DNA from: Alphaproteobacteria bacterium
GTDB taxonomy: Bacteria; Pseudomonadota; Alphaproteobacteria; CACIAM-22H2
Assembly (NCBI GenBank): GCA_035506575.1
Contig: DATJPD010000100.1
Coordinates: forward strand, 59,424 to 123,423
Reading direction: 5' to 3'
Length of the DNA: 64,000 nt
Under the pieces are notes generated by a model. The model searched no databases. It was not told the origin of the DNA and saw only the letters and a program-made list of their open reading frames with translations. Positions 1 to 9,307 of this stretch are shown here, piece after piece; positions within the stretch are counted from its first letter, which is position 1; the number at the start of each line of letters is the position of its first letter. Both the position numbers and the translations under genes were made by a program.

Positions 1-382
1 TCTGTCCTTCCAGGACGTGGACAGCGAGCTCGCCGGGCTTCCCGGCACGTACGCAAGCCCGCGCGGCACGATTCTGCTTGCCCGGGACGGCGCGGGCACT
101 GCGGTGGGCGTCGTGGCACTGCGACCCCGCCCACGGCCCGGCACGTGCGAGATCAAGCGGCTCTACGTCCGGCCTGGCGCGCGACAGCACAATGTCGGCC
201 GGCGGCTCGCCGAGGCGATCGTCGGTGCCGCGAGGACGATGGGCTACACCCGCGCGCTGCTCGACACGCTGCCGTCCATGCAGGCCGCGCAGCAGCTCTA
301 CGCCTCGCTCGGCTTCCGGCCGACGGAGCCGTACTATCCGAACCCTCTGCCGGGGACGGTCTATCTGGCGCTCGACCTGTAG
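1..382 (+). CDS. GNAT family N-acetyltransferase, C-terminal part (5' end outside window)
   Basis: ORF 17..382 is open to the window edge. It has a GNAT motif-A-like RQHNVGRRLAEAIV and a C-terminal LGF motif. Confidence 0.6.
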   Translation, partial: LSFQDVDSELAGLPGTYASPRGTILLARDGAGTAVGVVALRPRPRPGTCEIKRLYVRPGARQHNVGRRLAEAIVGAARTMGYTRALLDTLPSMQAAQQLYASLGFRPTEPYYPNPLPGTVYLALDL

Positions 383-452
383 CCTGGGCCGTTCGCGTCC
401 GAGGAGCCGCCTTTGGCCTCGTGCTGCACCCGTAACGCAAGGGGAGACGCCG

Positions 453-833
453 ATGGGAGATCGCGACATTCGCGCGGCATTGGACGCTCACTGGGCCGCA
501 TCCGATGCGAACGATTTCGAAGTCGAACACCAGATCTACCGCGAGGACGCCGTGCTCGAGTATCCGCAGTCGGCCGAGCGCATCCGGGGCCGGCGCAATA
601 TTCAGGCGTCCCGCTCCGCACAGCCCAACCAGAAGCGCTTCGCCGTGCGGCGCATCCTCGGCACAGGCGATCTCTGGGTGACCGAGTTCGTCCTCACATA
701 TGACGGGCGGCCGTCTTACACCGTGAGCATCATGGAGTTCGAAGACGGGAAGGTGGCCCGCGAAACCCAGTATTTCGCCGACGCGTTCGAGCCGGGGCCT
801 TCCCGCGCGCAATGGGTCGAGCCGATGCGGTGA
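453..833 (+). CDS. SnoaL-like / NTF2-fold protein (ketosteroid-isomerase-like)
   Basis: ATG at ~453 inside ORF 78..833; 126 aa with an NTF2-like W/Y/D pattern. The upstream part of that ORF is Arg/Pro-rich GC artefact. Confidence 0.5.
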   Translation: MGDRDIRAALDAHWAASDANDFEVEHQIYREDAVLEYPQSAERIRGRRNIQASRSAQPNQKRFAVRRILGTGDLWVTEFVLTYDGRPSYTVSIMEFEDGKVARETQYFADAFEPGPSRAQWVEPMR

Positions 834-897
834 TATATTTGGCGCAATCACAGACGACCCCGGCCAAACTGGCGGGGTCCGCGAAAGGGTGGAGACG

Positions 898-1869
898 ATG
901 AAGCGGGCTTTCGCCGGTGCGTTGCTCTGCGCCATTGCGGGTCTGGGGCCGGGGGCAGCACCGGCGGAGCAATTTCCCGCCCGTCCGATCCGCTTCATCG
1001 TGCCGAGCCCGCCCGGCGGCGGCACGGACATCATCGCGCGCAACCTCGCGCAGAAATTCATCGACCGGGCCGGATTCGCGACACTGGTCGAGAACAAGAT
1101 CGGCGCCGGATCCTTGATCGGCACCGACTATGTCGCGAAGGCGCCGCCCGACGGCTATACGCTGATGGTGGGCGGCCTGTTCAACATGGTGATGAACAGC
1201 GCCCTCATCAAAGACCTGCCCTACGACCCGGTCCGCGACTTCACGCCGGTCGGCACCATCTCCGCGTATCCGTTCCTGCTCACCGTCCGCCCGGACATGC
1301 CGGTCTCGACCCTGGCCGAGTTCGTCGCGTTCGCGAAGGAGCGGCCGGGGAAGCTCAACTACGGCTCCGCGGGCCTCGGCACCTTGCAGCACGTGTGGGG
1401 CACCATCCTCGTGAAGAGCCTGGGTCTCGACATGGTGCACGTGCCGTACAAGGGTGCGGCCGCAGCGCAGCAGGATTTGATGGCCGGCCGGATCGATATG
1501 ATGTTCGACAACCTCTCGGCCGCGAAGCAATACGTCGAAAGCGGGCGCTCGAAGGCGCTGGCCGTATCTTCGGCGCAGCGCACGGCGCAGCTTCCCGACG
1601 TGCCGACGATCGACGAGACCGGGCTCGCCAAGTTCGAGGGCGAGAGCTGGTTCGGGCTGTTCGCGCCGGCCGCAACCCCGGCGCCGGTCATCGAAGTGCT
1701 GCGCCGCGCCTTGGACGACGCGATCCGCGATCCCGACTTCGCGGCGCGAATCCAGCGCGACGGCGGACGCGTCCTGGCCATCGCGCCGGCAGACCAGCCG
1801 AAATTTTTGGCGAGCGAGGTCCAGCGGTGGGTGGCGCTGGTGCACAAGTATGTGCCGAGCGCCGACTAG
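898..1869 (+). CDS. Bug/TctC-family tripartite tricarboxylate transporter substrate-binding protein
   Basis: Signal peptide and PIRFIVPxPPGGGTD motif; ~323 aa typical of the Bug family. ATG 898 is preceded by a GGGTGGAG RBS (the ORF opens at GTG 889). Confidence 0.8.
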   Translation: MKRAFAGALLCAIAGLGPGAAPAEQFPARPIRFIVPSPPGGGTDIIARNLAQKFIDRAGFATLVENKIGAGSLIGTDYVAKAPPDGYTLMVGGLFNMVMNSALIKDLPYDPVRDFTPVGTISAYPFLLTVRPDMPVSTLAEFVAFAKERPGKLNYGSAGLGTLQHVWGTILVKSLGLDMVHVPYKGAAAAQQDLMAGRIDMMFDNLSAAKQYVESGRSKALAVSSAQRTAQLPDVPTIDETGLAKFEGESWFGLFAPAATPAPVIEVLRRALDDAIRDPDFAARIQRDGGRVLAIAPADQPKFLASEVQRWVALVHKYVPSAD

Positions 1870-2495
1870 GACCGCCGGTAATGCTTCAGGAACATCGAGA
1901 TCGTCTCGTCGATCGCCTCCTGCGCAGGCACGTGTAGGCTTTTGCGCCCCAGCATCCCGGGCCACAGAGACAACTGGTTGAGCGCACCCATGAACTGGTG
2001 AGCCGCAAGCGCAGGATTGCGGCACTTCAGAACGTCCGCGGCGGTCAGATGCGCGAGATAGCGCGAGAACCGCTCGGTCTGCGGGTCCATGACGGCGGCG
2101 AATTCTTTGGCGATCCAGGGGAACTGGCGGGCATCGGCCATGACCATGCGCAGGAAGCCCATGTATTCGGGCTGCTTGTGCAGATCGAGGATTCTGCGCG
2201 CGATCGCGCGAAGGACCTCTTCTACGTCACCCTTGGTTTCGATGCCCGGCGGAAAAGCGTCCTCGAGCTGGCGCGATACCCGAAGGAGCATGGCGCGGAA
2301 GATCTCCTCCTTGCTCGCGAACTGGTTGTAGAGCGTCCGCCGGGCCACCCCGGCCGCCTCGGCGAGGTCGTCCATGCTGACGGCACCAAAGCCGCGTTCG
2401 AGAAACAGGCGCTGCGCCGCGTCGACGATCGCCTCTCGCGATTCGCCGCGCCGCAGCTTCGCAACACCCGGCTTCGGCCCCATACGAACGGTCAT
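1866..2495 (-). CDS. TetR/AcrR family transcriptional regulator
   Basis: N-terminal HTH (AIVDAAQRLFLERGFGAVSMDDLAEAAGVARRTLYNQF). Divergent from the RND pump operon. Confidence 0.85.
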   Translation of the reverse strand: MTVRMGPKPGVAKLRRGESREAIVDAAQRLFLERGFGAVSMDDLAEAAGVARRTLYNQFASKEEIFRAMLLRVSRQLEDAFPPGIETKGDVEEVLRAIARRILDLHKQPEYMGFLRMVMADARQFPWIAKEFAAVMDPQTERFSRYLAHLTAADVLKCRNPALAAHQFMGALNQLSLWPGMLGRKSLHVPAQEAIDETISMFLKHYRRS

Positions 2496-2505
2496 GTGAA
2501 ATCCT

Positions 2506-2552
2506 ATTGCACTACACAGTGCAATACAGTATATTGCACTACATAGTGCAAT
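2506..2552. promoter_or_regulatory. Two tandem 20-bp palindromes (ATTGCACT-N4-AGTGCAAT), candidate TetR operators
   Basis: ATTGCACTACACAGTGCAAT and ATTGCACTACATAGTGCAAT are 7 bp apart. They lie between the tetR start (2495, minus) and the adaptor start (2569). Confidence 0.6.
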
Positions 2553-2568
2553 TCAAGGACGATCGGTC

Positions 2569-3639
2569 ATGTCCAAGTCCTGGATTTTCGCGGCCATTCT
2601 GATCGCCGCCGGCCTCACCGGGTGCGACAGGTCGGCCCCGCCGGCACCCGAAGTGCGGCCGGTTCGCACGGTCACCGTCCAACGCCCGAGCGCCGGCGAG
2701 ACCTTTTCTCTGACCGGCCAGGTCCGCGCCAAGGACCAGGTCAACCTCGCGTTCCGGATCGACGGGCGCGTGACCGAGCGGGCGGTCGACGTGGGCGACG
2801 CGGTCAAGGCGGGGCAGGTCGTCGCCCGGCTCGATCCGCAGGATCAGGAAAATCTCATGCGCACGGCCAAAGCCGACCTGGCGGCGGCCCAGGCGCAGCT
2901 CACCGATTCGCGCCTCACCTTCGCGCGACAGGCCAAGCTCCTGCCCAACGGCTGGACTCCCCAGGCGAAGTATGACGAAGCGCAACAGAACATGCTCGCG
3001 GCCGAGGCCAAGGTGGAGGCCGCCCAGGCGCGGCTGCGCCTGGCCCAGGATCAGCTGAGCTATACGACCTTGGTCGCCGATGCGGCGGGGTCGGTGACCG
3101 CCAAGGGTGCTGAACCCGGCGAGGTCGTGCGCGCCGGGCAGATGATCGTGCAGCTCGCGCACGAGGGTGCGCGCGATGCGGTGTTCGACGTGCCCGAGCA
3201 GATCATCCGGACCGGCCCGCGGAATCCGCTGGTCACGATCGAGCTCACCAACGATCCGACCGTGAAGGCCACCGGCCGCGTGCGCGAGATCGCACCGCAG
3301 GCGGATCTGCAGACCCGGACCTACCAGGTGAAGGTCGCGATCATCGATCCGCCGCCGGCCATGCGCCTGGGCGCCACGGTCACGGGCCGCGTCACCCTGC
3401 CTGCACCGCCGGGCATCGAAGTTCCGGCGAGCGCGCTCACGCAGTCGGACGACCGCCCCGCGGTGTGGGTGGTCGATCCCAGGACCCAGACCGTGTCCCT
3501 CCGCAGCGTGGATGTCGTGCAATACGACCCCGCGACGGTGGTCGTGGCCAAAGGGCTCGAGACGGGCGACGTGGTGGTCACCGCCGGGGTGCAGACCTTG
3601 CGGCCGGGGCAGAAGGTCCGCGTTCTGGGAGCCGCCTGA
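2569..3639 (+). CDS. RND efflux pump periplasmic adaptor (membrane fusion protein, HlyD family)
   Basis: Lipoprotein-like N-terminus (LTGCD) with lipoyl/β-barrel adaptor motifs. Its stop TGA overlaps the next ATG (ATGA at 3637-3641). Confidence 0.85.
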   Translation: MSKSWIFAAILIAAGLTGCDRSAPPAPEVRPVRTVTVQRPSAGETFSLTGQVRAKDQVNLAFRIDGRVTERAVDVGDAVKAGQVVARLDPQDQENLMRTAKADLAAAQAQLTDSRLTFARQAKLLPNGWTPQAKYDEAQQNMLAAEAKVEAAQARLRLAQDQLSYTTLVADAAGSVTAKGAEPGEVVRAGQMIVQLAHEGARDAVFDVPEQIIRTGPRNPLVTIELTNDPTVKATGRVREIAPQADLQTRTYQVKVAIIDPPPAMRLGATVTGRVTLPAPPGIEVPASALTQSDDRPAVWVVDPRTQTVSLRSVDVVQYDPATVVVAKGLETGDVVVTAGVQTLRPGQKVRVLGAA

Positions 3640-6600
3640 TGCCGCGCTTCAATCTTTCGGAATGGGCCATCTCGCACCGGTCGCTGGTGACCTATTTCAT
3701 GCTGGTCATCGTCGTCGCGGGTATCGGGTCGTACCTGCGGCTCGGGCGCAGCGAGGATCCCGACTTCACGGTCAAGACCATGGTCGTGCAGGCCGAGTGG
3801 CCCGGGGCGACCGTCGGCGACACGCTCGAGCAGATCACCGACCGCATCGAGAGCAAGCTCCAGGCGACGCCGAATCTGGACTACCTCAAGAGCTACACGA
3901 CCGCGGGCAAGGCGACGATCTTCGTCACCCTCAGGGATTCCACGCCGCCGGCCGACGTGCCTGGCATCTGGTACCAGGTGCGCAAGAAGGTCTACGACAT
4001 CCGCTACACGCTGCCGCAGGGTATCATTGGTCCCAATTTCAACGACGAGTTCGGCGACACCTACGGCATCGTCTACGGCTTCACCGCCGACGGGTTCACG
4101 CATCGCGAGCTGCGCGACTACGTCGACGACATCCGCAAGCAGCTGCTGCAGCTGCCGGACATCTCCAAGATCGACGTCCTCGGCGCACAGGACGAGCGCG
4201 TCTACGTGGAGTTCTCGACCGAGCAGCTGGCGGGGCTCGGCATCGACCGGTCGGCGCTGATCTCGGCGCTCAAGTCCCAGAACGCCGTCAGGCCTGCCGG
4301 GATCGTGCAGACCGAGAACGAGAAGATCCTCGTCCGCGTGTCGGGCGCGTTCCGGACCGTGCAGGACATCCTCAAGGTCAACTTCGTCGCGAATGGCCGG
4401 ATCATCCGCCTGGGCGACATCGCCAAGGTCACCCGCGGGCCGGCCGATCCGGCGCAGCCGATGTTCCGGGTCAACGGGCGGGAGGGCATCGGGCTCGCCA
4501 TCGCCATGCGCAAGGGCGGCGACGTCCTGGCGCTGGGGCGCAACATCGAGCACGCGATGACGGAGATCACGGCGAACCTGCCGGTCGGCATCGAGCCGAC
4601 GCTCATCGCCGATCAGCCGGTCACGGTCGAGCATGCGGTGGACGAGTTCATGGAGGCGCTGTGGGAGGCCGTCGCGATCGTGCTCGGCGTGAGCCTGGTG
4701 AGCCTCGGGCTGCGCGCCGGTGCGGTGGTGGCGCTCGCGATCCCGCTCGTGCTGGCCGCCGTGTTCGTCGCCATGGAGGTGACCGGAATCGACCTGCAGC
4801 GCATCTCGCTCGGCGCCCTCATCATCGCCCTAGGCCTGCTAGTCGACGATGCGATGATCACGGTCGAAACGATGGTCACGCGGCTCGAGCACGGCGACGA
4901 CAGCGCGCACGCCGCCACGTTCGCCTACACCTCGACCGCCTTTCCGATGCTCACCGGCACCCTGGTGACGGTCGCAGGCTTCGTGCCCATCGGCTTCGCA
5001 CGCAGCGCCGCCGGCGAATACACGTTCTCGATCTTCGCGGTGGTCGCGATGGCGCTGCTCGTCTCGTGGATCGTGGCGGTCGTGTTTGCGCCCCTGCTCG
5101 GCGTCTGGGTGCTGAAGAAGCCCAAGACCGTGCATTCGGGCGAGCCGGGTCCGATCATGCGCGCCTTCCGCCGTTTCCTCGAGCTCTCCATGCGGACGCG
5201 CTGGATCACGATCGCAGCCACCTTGGCCCTGTTCGGGGCGTCGATCTACGGCACGCGCTTCGTCCCGCAGCAGTTCTTCCCGTCCTCGGACCGGCCCGAG
5301 CTGCTCGTCGACCTACAGCTGCCCGAGAATGCGTCGATCTATGCGAGCCGGGATTTCTCGGCCCGCCTGGACCGGCTCCTCAACGGCGATCCCGACGTGG
5401 ACCACTGGAGCACGTATGTCGGCCAGGGTGCGGTCCGGTTCTATCTGCCGCTGAACGTGCAGCTGCCCAACGATTATTTCTCGCAGTTCGTGGTCGTCAC
5501 CAAGGGGATCGAGCAGCGCGAGCGCGTGAAGGCGAAGCTCGAGCAGGCGCTGGCGAGCGAGTTCCCGAATGCCGTCGGCCGGGTTTATCCGCTGGAGCTC
5601 GGACCTCCCGTCGGATGGCCGCTCCAGTATCGGGTGACCGGGCGCGACCCCGAGCAGGTCCGCGCGATCGCCTTCAAGGTCGCCGGAATCCTCGGATCGG
5701 ACTCCGCCGCCGCCAACATCAACTACAACTGGATGGAGCCGGCGCGCACCGTGAAGATCAAGGTCGACCAGGACCAGGCGCGGCTCCTCGGTCTCAGCTC
5801 GCAGGACCTGGCGCAGTCGCTGAACACGGTGATGTCCGGCATCACGGCGACCCAGGTGCGCAGCGGGATCTATCTCGTCGACGTGCTGGTCCGCGCGTCG
5901 GCCGAGCAGCGGATGTCGCTGTCAACCATCCGCACCCTGCAGGTGCCGCTGTCGAACGGGCGCACCGTGCCGCTGAGCCAGATCGCCTCGGTCGAATACG
6001 GCCAGGAATATCCGATCGTCTGGCGGCGCAACCGCCAGCCGACGGTGACCGTGCAGGCCGACGTCGCCCCGGGCACGCAGGCCGCAACCGTCGTGCAGGC
6101 CCTGGCGCCGAGGATGGCGGAGCTGAACGCCAGCCTTCCCAGCGGCTACCACATCGATCTCGGCGGCACGGTCGAGGAGAGTGCAAAGGCGCAGGCATCG
6201 GTCGAGGCCGTCCTGCCGCTCATGCTTCTCCTGACGCTCACCATCCTGATGGTCCAGCTCCACAGCTTCAGCCGGCTGTTCCTGGTGCTGAGCGTGGCCC
6301 CCCTCGGCCTGATCGGCGTGGTCGCAGCGCTTCTCCTCGCGGACAAGCCCTTGGGCTTCGTCGCCTTGCTCGGCGTCCTGGCGCTCACCGGCATGATCGC
6401 GCGCAATTCGGTGATCCTCATCGACCAGATCGAGACCGAAAAGGCCAAAGGCCGTGCGCCCTGGGACGCCGTGGTCGAAGCCACGGCACACCGCTTCCGT
6501 CCCATCCTGCTTACCGCCGCCGCGGCCATTCTCGGCATGATCCCGATCGCGCCGACGATCTTCTGGGGCCCCATGGCCTACGCGATCATGGGCGGACTGG

Positions 6601-6743
6601 CCGGCGCCACGCTTCTGACGCTGGTGTTCCTGCCCGCACTCTACGTGGCCTGGTTCCGGATCAAAGCTCCGGCATCAAGCTCGGCGACGGTCAGCCGCAC
6701 CAAGAGGCCGGCGGGACAACTCAGCCACGGAGTATCGCCATGA
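3639..6743 (+). CDS. RND efflux transporter permease (AcrB/MdtB-like)
   Basis: 1034 aa with twelve TM helices and two large periplasmic loops; AcrB-like motifs. ATG is coupled to the adaptor stop. Confidence 0.9.
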   Translation: MPRFNLSEWAISHRSLVTYFMLVIVVAGIGSYLRLGRSEDPDFTVKTMVVQAEWPGATVGDTLEQITDRIESKLQATPNLDYLKSYTTAGKATIFVTLRDSTPPADVPGIWYQVRKKVYDIRYTLPQGIIGPNFNDEFGDTYGIVYGFTADGFTHRELRDYVDDIRKQLLQLPDISKIDVLGAQDERVYVEFSTEQLAGLGIDRSALISALKSQNAVRPAGIVQTENEKILVRVSGAFRTVQDILKVNFVANGRIIRLGDIAKVTRGPADPAQPMFRVNGREGIGLAIAMRKGGDVLALGRNIEHAMTEITANLPVGIEPTLIADQPVTVEHAVDEFMEALWEAVAIVLGVSLVSLGLRAGAVVALAIPLVLAAVFVAMEVTGIDLQRISLGALIIALGLLVDDAMITVETMVTRLEHGDDSAHAATFAYTSTAFPMLTGTLVTVAGFVPIGFARSAAGEYTFSIFAVVAMALLVSWIVAVVFAPLLGVWVLKKPKTVHSGEPGPIMRAFRRFLELSMRTRWITIAATLALFGASIYGTRFVPQQFFPSSDRPELLVDLQLPENASIYASRDFSARLDRLLNGDPDVDHWSTYVGQGAVRFYLPLNVQLPNDYFSQFVVVTKGIEQRERVKAKLEQALASEFPNAVGRVYPLELGPPVGWPLQYRVTGRDPEQVRAIAFKVAGILGSDSAAANINYNWMEPARTVKIKVDQDQARLLGLSSQDLAQSLNTVMSGITATQVRSGIYLVDVLVRASAEQRMSLSTIRTLQVPLSNGRTVPLSQIASVEYGQEYPIVWRRNRQPTVTVQADVAPGTQAATVVQALAPRMAELNASLPSGYHIDLGGTVEESAKAQASVEAVLPLMLLLTLTILMVQLHSFSRLFLVLSVAPLGLIGVVAALLLADKPLGFVALLGVLALTGMIARNSVILIDQIETEKAKGRAPWDAVVEATAHRFRPILLTAAAAILGMIPIAPTIFWGPMAYAIMGGLAGATLLTLVFLPALYVAWFRIKAPASSSATVSRTKRPAGQLSHGVSP

Positions 6744-6958
6744 CCACGGACTCGAATGCCAGGCACTTGCGGACGGCGCACGCCGCGTGGTTGCGCGACA
6801 AGGCGGCGCATTTCCGCCGCCTCGCCGGCGGTGCGATTCCGTATGCGGCCGCGCAGGACCTCGAGCGGCTTGCGACCAAATACGAACGGCTGGCCGCGGC
6901 ACTGGAGAGCGGAGCTGCACCCGACGCGCCCGTTCGGGCCACAGATGCGGCGGCGTAG
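6740..6958 (+). CDS. Hypothetical 72-aa protein, translationally coupled to the RND permease
   Basis: Its ATG overlaps the permease TGA (ATGA at 6740-6743). The product is Ala/Arg-rich and coiled-coil-like. It could be a GC artefact. Confidence 0.3.
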   Translation: MTTDSNARHLRTAHAAWLRDKAAHFRRLAGGAIPYAAAQDLERLATKYERLAAALESGAAPDAPVRATDAAA

Positions 6959-6967
6959 CCGGCCGTC

Positions 6968-7672
6968 CTACTCCGCCACGATCTCCTGCAGCAGCTTGCA
7001 CAGCGCCTCGGGGGCGGTGACGTTCGGGCTGTGGCTGGCGTCGAGCTCGAAGCACTGCCAGCCGGGCGTGGTCTTCGCCATGGCCGCAAACGGACCGAAG
7101 GGACCTTTGTCCGCGTAGCGCATGCACTGGATGAAGCTGCGCGGCATGCGCAACGGGGCGCCGAGGCGGATCGGCTGCTCGAAGCAGGCGAGCGACTGCG
7201 GCATGCGGAAGCGCTTGACCCAGTCCACGTCGGCCTCGGACGTGTCGGCCGGCGGCGGATTGGGCGCCACCCGCCAGCCATCGGCCTCGGTGGCGCTGGC
7301 GCGCATGCGCTCGCGCGCCTGCGGCGGCACGAGGTCGCGCAGCGCCTGCCCGTCCGACGGCACGAACGCATCGAGGTAGATCAGCCGCGCGATGCGGTCG
7401 CGGTCCTGGTCGGCGACACCGGTCGCCACCATGCCGCCATAGCTGTGGCCGATCAGCACGACCTCGCGCAGGTCTTCGAACTCCAGGACGTTGTGCACGT
7501 CCTGGATATGGGTCCGGAGATCGTTGGCAGCGCTGGCAAGATGCGCCCGCTCGCCGAGCCCCGTGTAGGTCGGCGTGAACACCTCGTGCCCCTGGGCTGT
7601 CAGCAGGCGGCGCACCCGCTTCCACGCCCACGCGCCGGACCACGCCCCATGCGCCACGACGATCGTTGCCAC
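6968..7672 (-). CDS. Alpha/beta hydrolase (esterase, methylesterase/SABP2-like)
   Basis: GHSYGG nucleophile elbow, Asp and His later in the fold; 234 aa. Confidence 0.7.
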   Translation of the reverse strand: MATIVVAHGAWSGAWAWKRVRRLLTAQGHEVFTPTYTGLGERAHLASAANDLRTHIQDVHNVLEFEDLREVVLIGHSYGGMVATGVADQDRDRIARLIYLDAFVPSDGQALRDLVPPQARERMRASATEADGWRVAPNPPPADTSEADVDWVKRFRMPQSLACFEQPIRLGAPLRMPRSFIQCMRYADKGPFGPFAAMAKTTPGWQCFELDASHSPNVTAPEALCKLLQEIVAE

Positions 7673-7749
7673 AAGCGCCCTCCTTCGAATGACTTTGCCA
7701 TCTTAGGCAAGGCTTGAACCGCAGCGCCACCCCGACCATTCTGCGGGCG

Positions 7750-8535
7750 ATGGCCGAGCTTCCGATCCCCTCAAACGTGCCCCGCGCCGCCCTGGTCACC
7801 GGGGCGGCCCACCGGATCGGCCGCGCGCTGGCGCTGGAGCTGGGGCGCCTGGGCTTCGCCGTGGCCGTCCATTGCCGCGACTCACGCCGCCAGGCCGACG
7901 CGGTCGCCAGCGAGATCGCGCGCGCCGGCGGCCGTGCGGTGGTGGTCCAGGCCGACCTCGCCCGCGAAGCCGAAACTGAGGCCCTGGTGCCGCAGGCCGC
8001 GGCAGCGCTCGGGCCGCTGGGGGTGCTGGTCAACAACGCCTCGGTGTTCGAACGCGACGAGGCGCTGACCGCGACGCGGGAGAGCTGGACCGCGCATCTC
8101 GAAACCAACCTGCGTGCCCCTTTTGTGTTGGCACAAGGCTTCGCGCGCCAGCTTGCCGAACGCAACGACGGCGTGATCGTCAACCTCGTCGATCAACGGG
8201 TGTGGAACCTGACGCCGCATTTCGTCTCGTACACGGTGAGCAAGGCCGGGCTGTGGACGCTCACTCAGACGCTGGCGCTGGCGCTCGCCCCCCGTATCCG
8301 CGTCAACGCCATCGGCCCCGGGCCGGTGCTGCCGAGCCCGCGGCAGACCGACGAGCAGTTCGCCCGCCAGGTGGACTCGGTGCCGCTGCGCCGCGCCCCG
8401 TCGCTCGAGGAGATCGCGGCGACGTTGCGCTTCATCCTCGCCACGCCGTCGTTCACCGGGCAGATGGTGGCGCTCGACGGCGGCCAGCATCTCAACTGGG
8501 GGGCGCCGGGTTCGGCCCCGCCGCATGACGAATAA
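7750..8535 (+). CDS. SDR-family oxidoreductase, pteridine reductase / FolM-like
   Basis: TGAAHRIG Rossmann motif and YxxxK catalytic pair, directly upstream of folB. The ORF opens at TTG 7714; first ATG is 7750. Confidence 0.65.
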   Translation: MAELPIPSNVPRAALVTGAAHRIGRALALELGRLGFAVAVHCRDSRRQADAVASEIARAGGRAVVVQADLAREAETEALVPQAAAALGPLGVLVNNASVFERDEALTATRESWTAHLETNLRAPFVLAQGFARQLAERNDGVIVNLVDQRVWNLTPHFVSYTVSKAGLWTLTQTLALALAPRIRVNAIGPGPVLPSPRQTDEQFARQVDSVPLRRAPSLEEIAATLRFILATPSFTGQMVALDGGQHLNWGAPGSAPPHDE

Positions 8536-8538
8536 GCC

Positions 8539-8928
8539 ATGACGAACAGCGCCGATTATTATCGCGTGCTGGTCCGCGACCTCGTGCTCGGGGTGCAGAT
8601 CGGCGTGTGGAAACGCGAGAAGAACGTCGAGCAGCGCGTGCGCATCAACGTCGAGCTGCTCGCCGGCAAGTCCGGTCCGCTTCTCGGGGCAGAGCCGCGG
8701 CTCGGCCGGCGCGACCGCATCCTGCGCTACGACACGGTCGTGTCCGGAATCCGCAAGATCATCGCCGAAGGGCATTTCGATTTGTGCGAAACTCTGGCCG
8801 AGCGGATCGCCGATCTGTGCCTCGAAAGCCGGCGGGTGAAAACCGTGCGCGTCCGCGTCGAAAAGCTCGACGTCTACCCCGACGCGGCGAGCGTGGGGGC
8901 CGAGATCGAACGGCACCGCGGTGGGTAA
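8539..8928 (+). CDS. folB: Dihydroneopterin aldolase
   Basis: 129-aa FolB-fold protein (YRVLVRDLVL...INVEL) next to the pteridine reductase-like gene. Confidence 0.7.
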   Translation: MTNSADYYRVLVRDLVLGVQIGVWKREKNVEQRVRINVELLAGKSGPLLGAEPRLGRRDRILRYDTVVSGIRKIIAEGHFDLCETLAERIADLCLESRRVKTVRVRVEKLDVYPDAASVGAEIERHRGG

Positions 8929-9307
8929 AAGCGGCCCGCGAAAAGAGGCAAAACGCGTCGCCGTCGCCAGCCCCCTGCGGTGGCATGGTCCGACCCGTTC
9001 AGTTGTGCACAGTTGCCGCAAACCCGCAAAAAATCAGGGAATACCCCGAGCGATTCACAGTTGTGACTACAATGTGACCAAGCGCTTGGCGATTACGTCC
9101 GGATTTCAGTCGCTTAGAAAAATGCCTGTTTTTTGGGCGACATGCAAAGACCCCAGCATATCAGGGATTCCTGGTGTCTCATGACCACGTTTCGAACAGA
9201 GATATCCCCAGGTTCCGTGGATATCGCGGCGGCGCGCCAAAGCCCGTTCCAATCGTCAAATATCTATCCACATATCCCCGGGCCGCGAGCCGTGATGCAA
9301 TTGCCTG

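Noticed and set aside
3512-6958. 1148-aa ORF on the plus strand overlapping the RND permease in another frame
   Set aside because: The translation is Arg/Pro/Gly-rich low complexity with no domain. It is typical alternate-frame openness of ~70% GC DNA. The co-located frame encodes a convincing AcrB-like permease.
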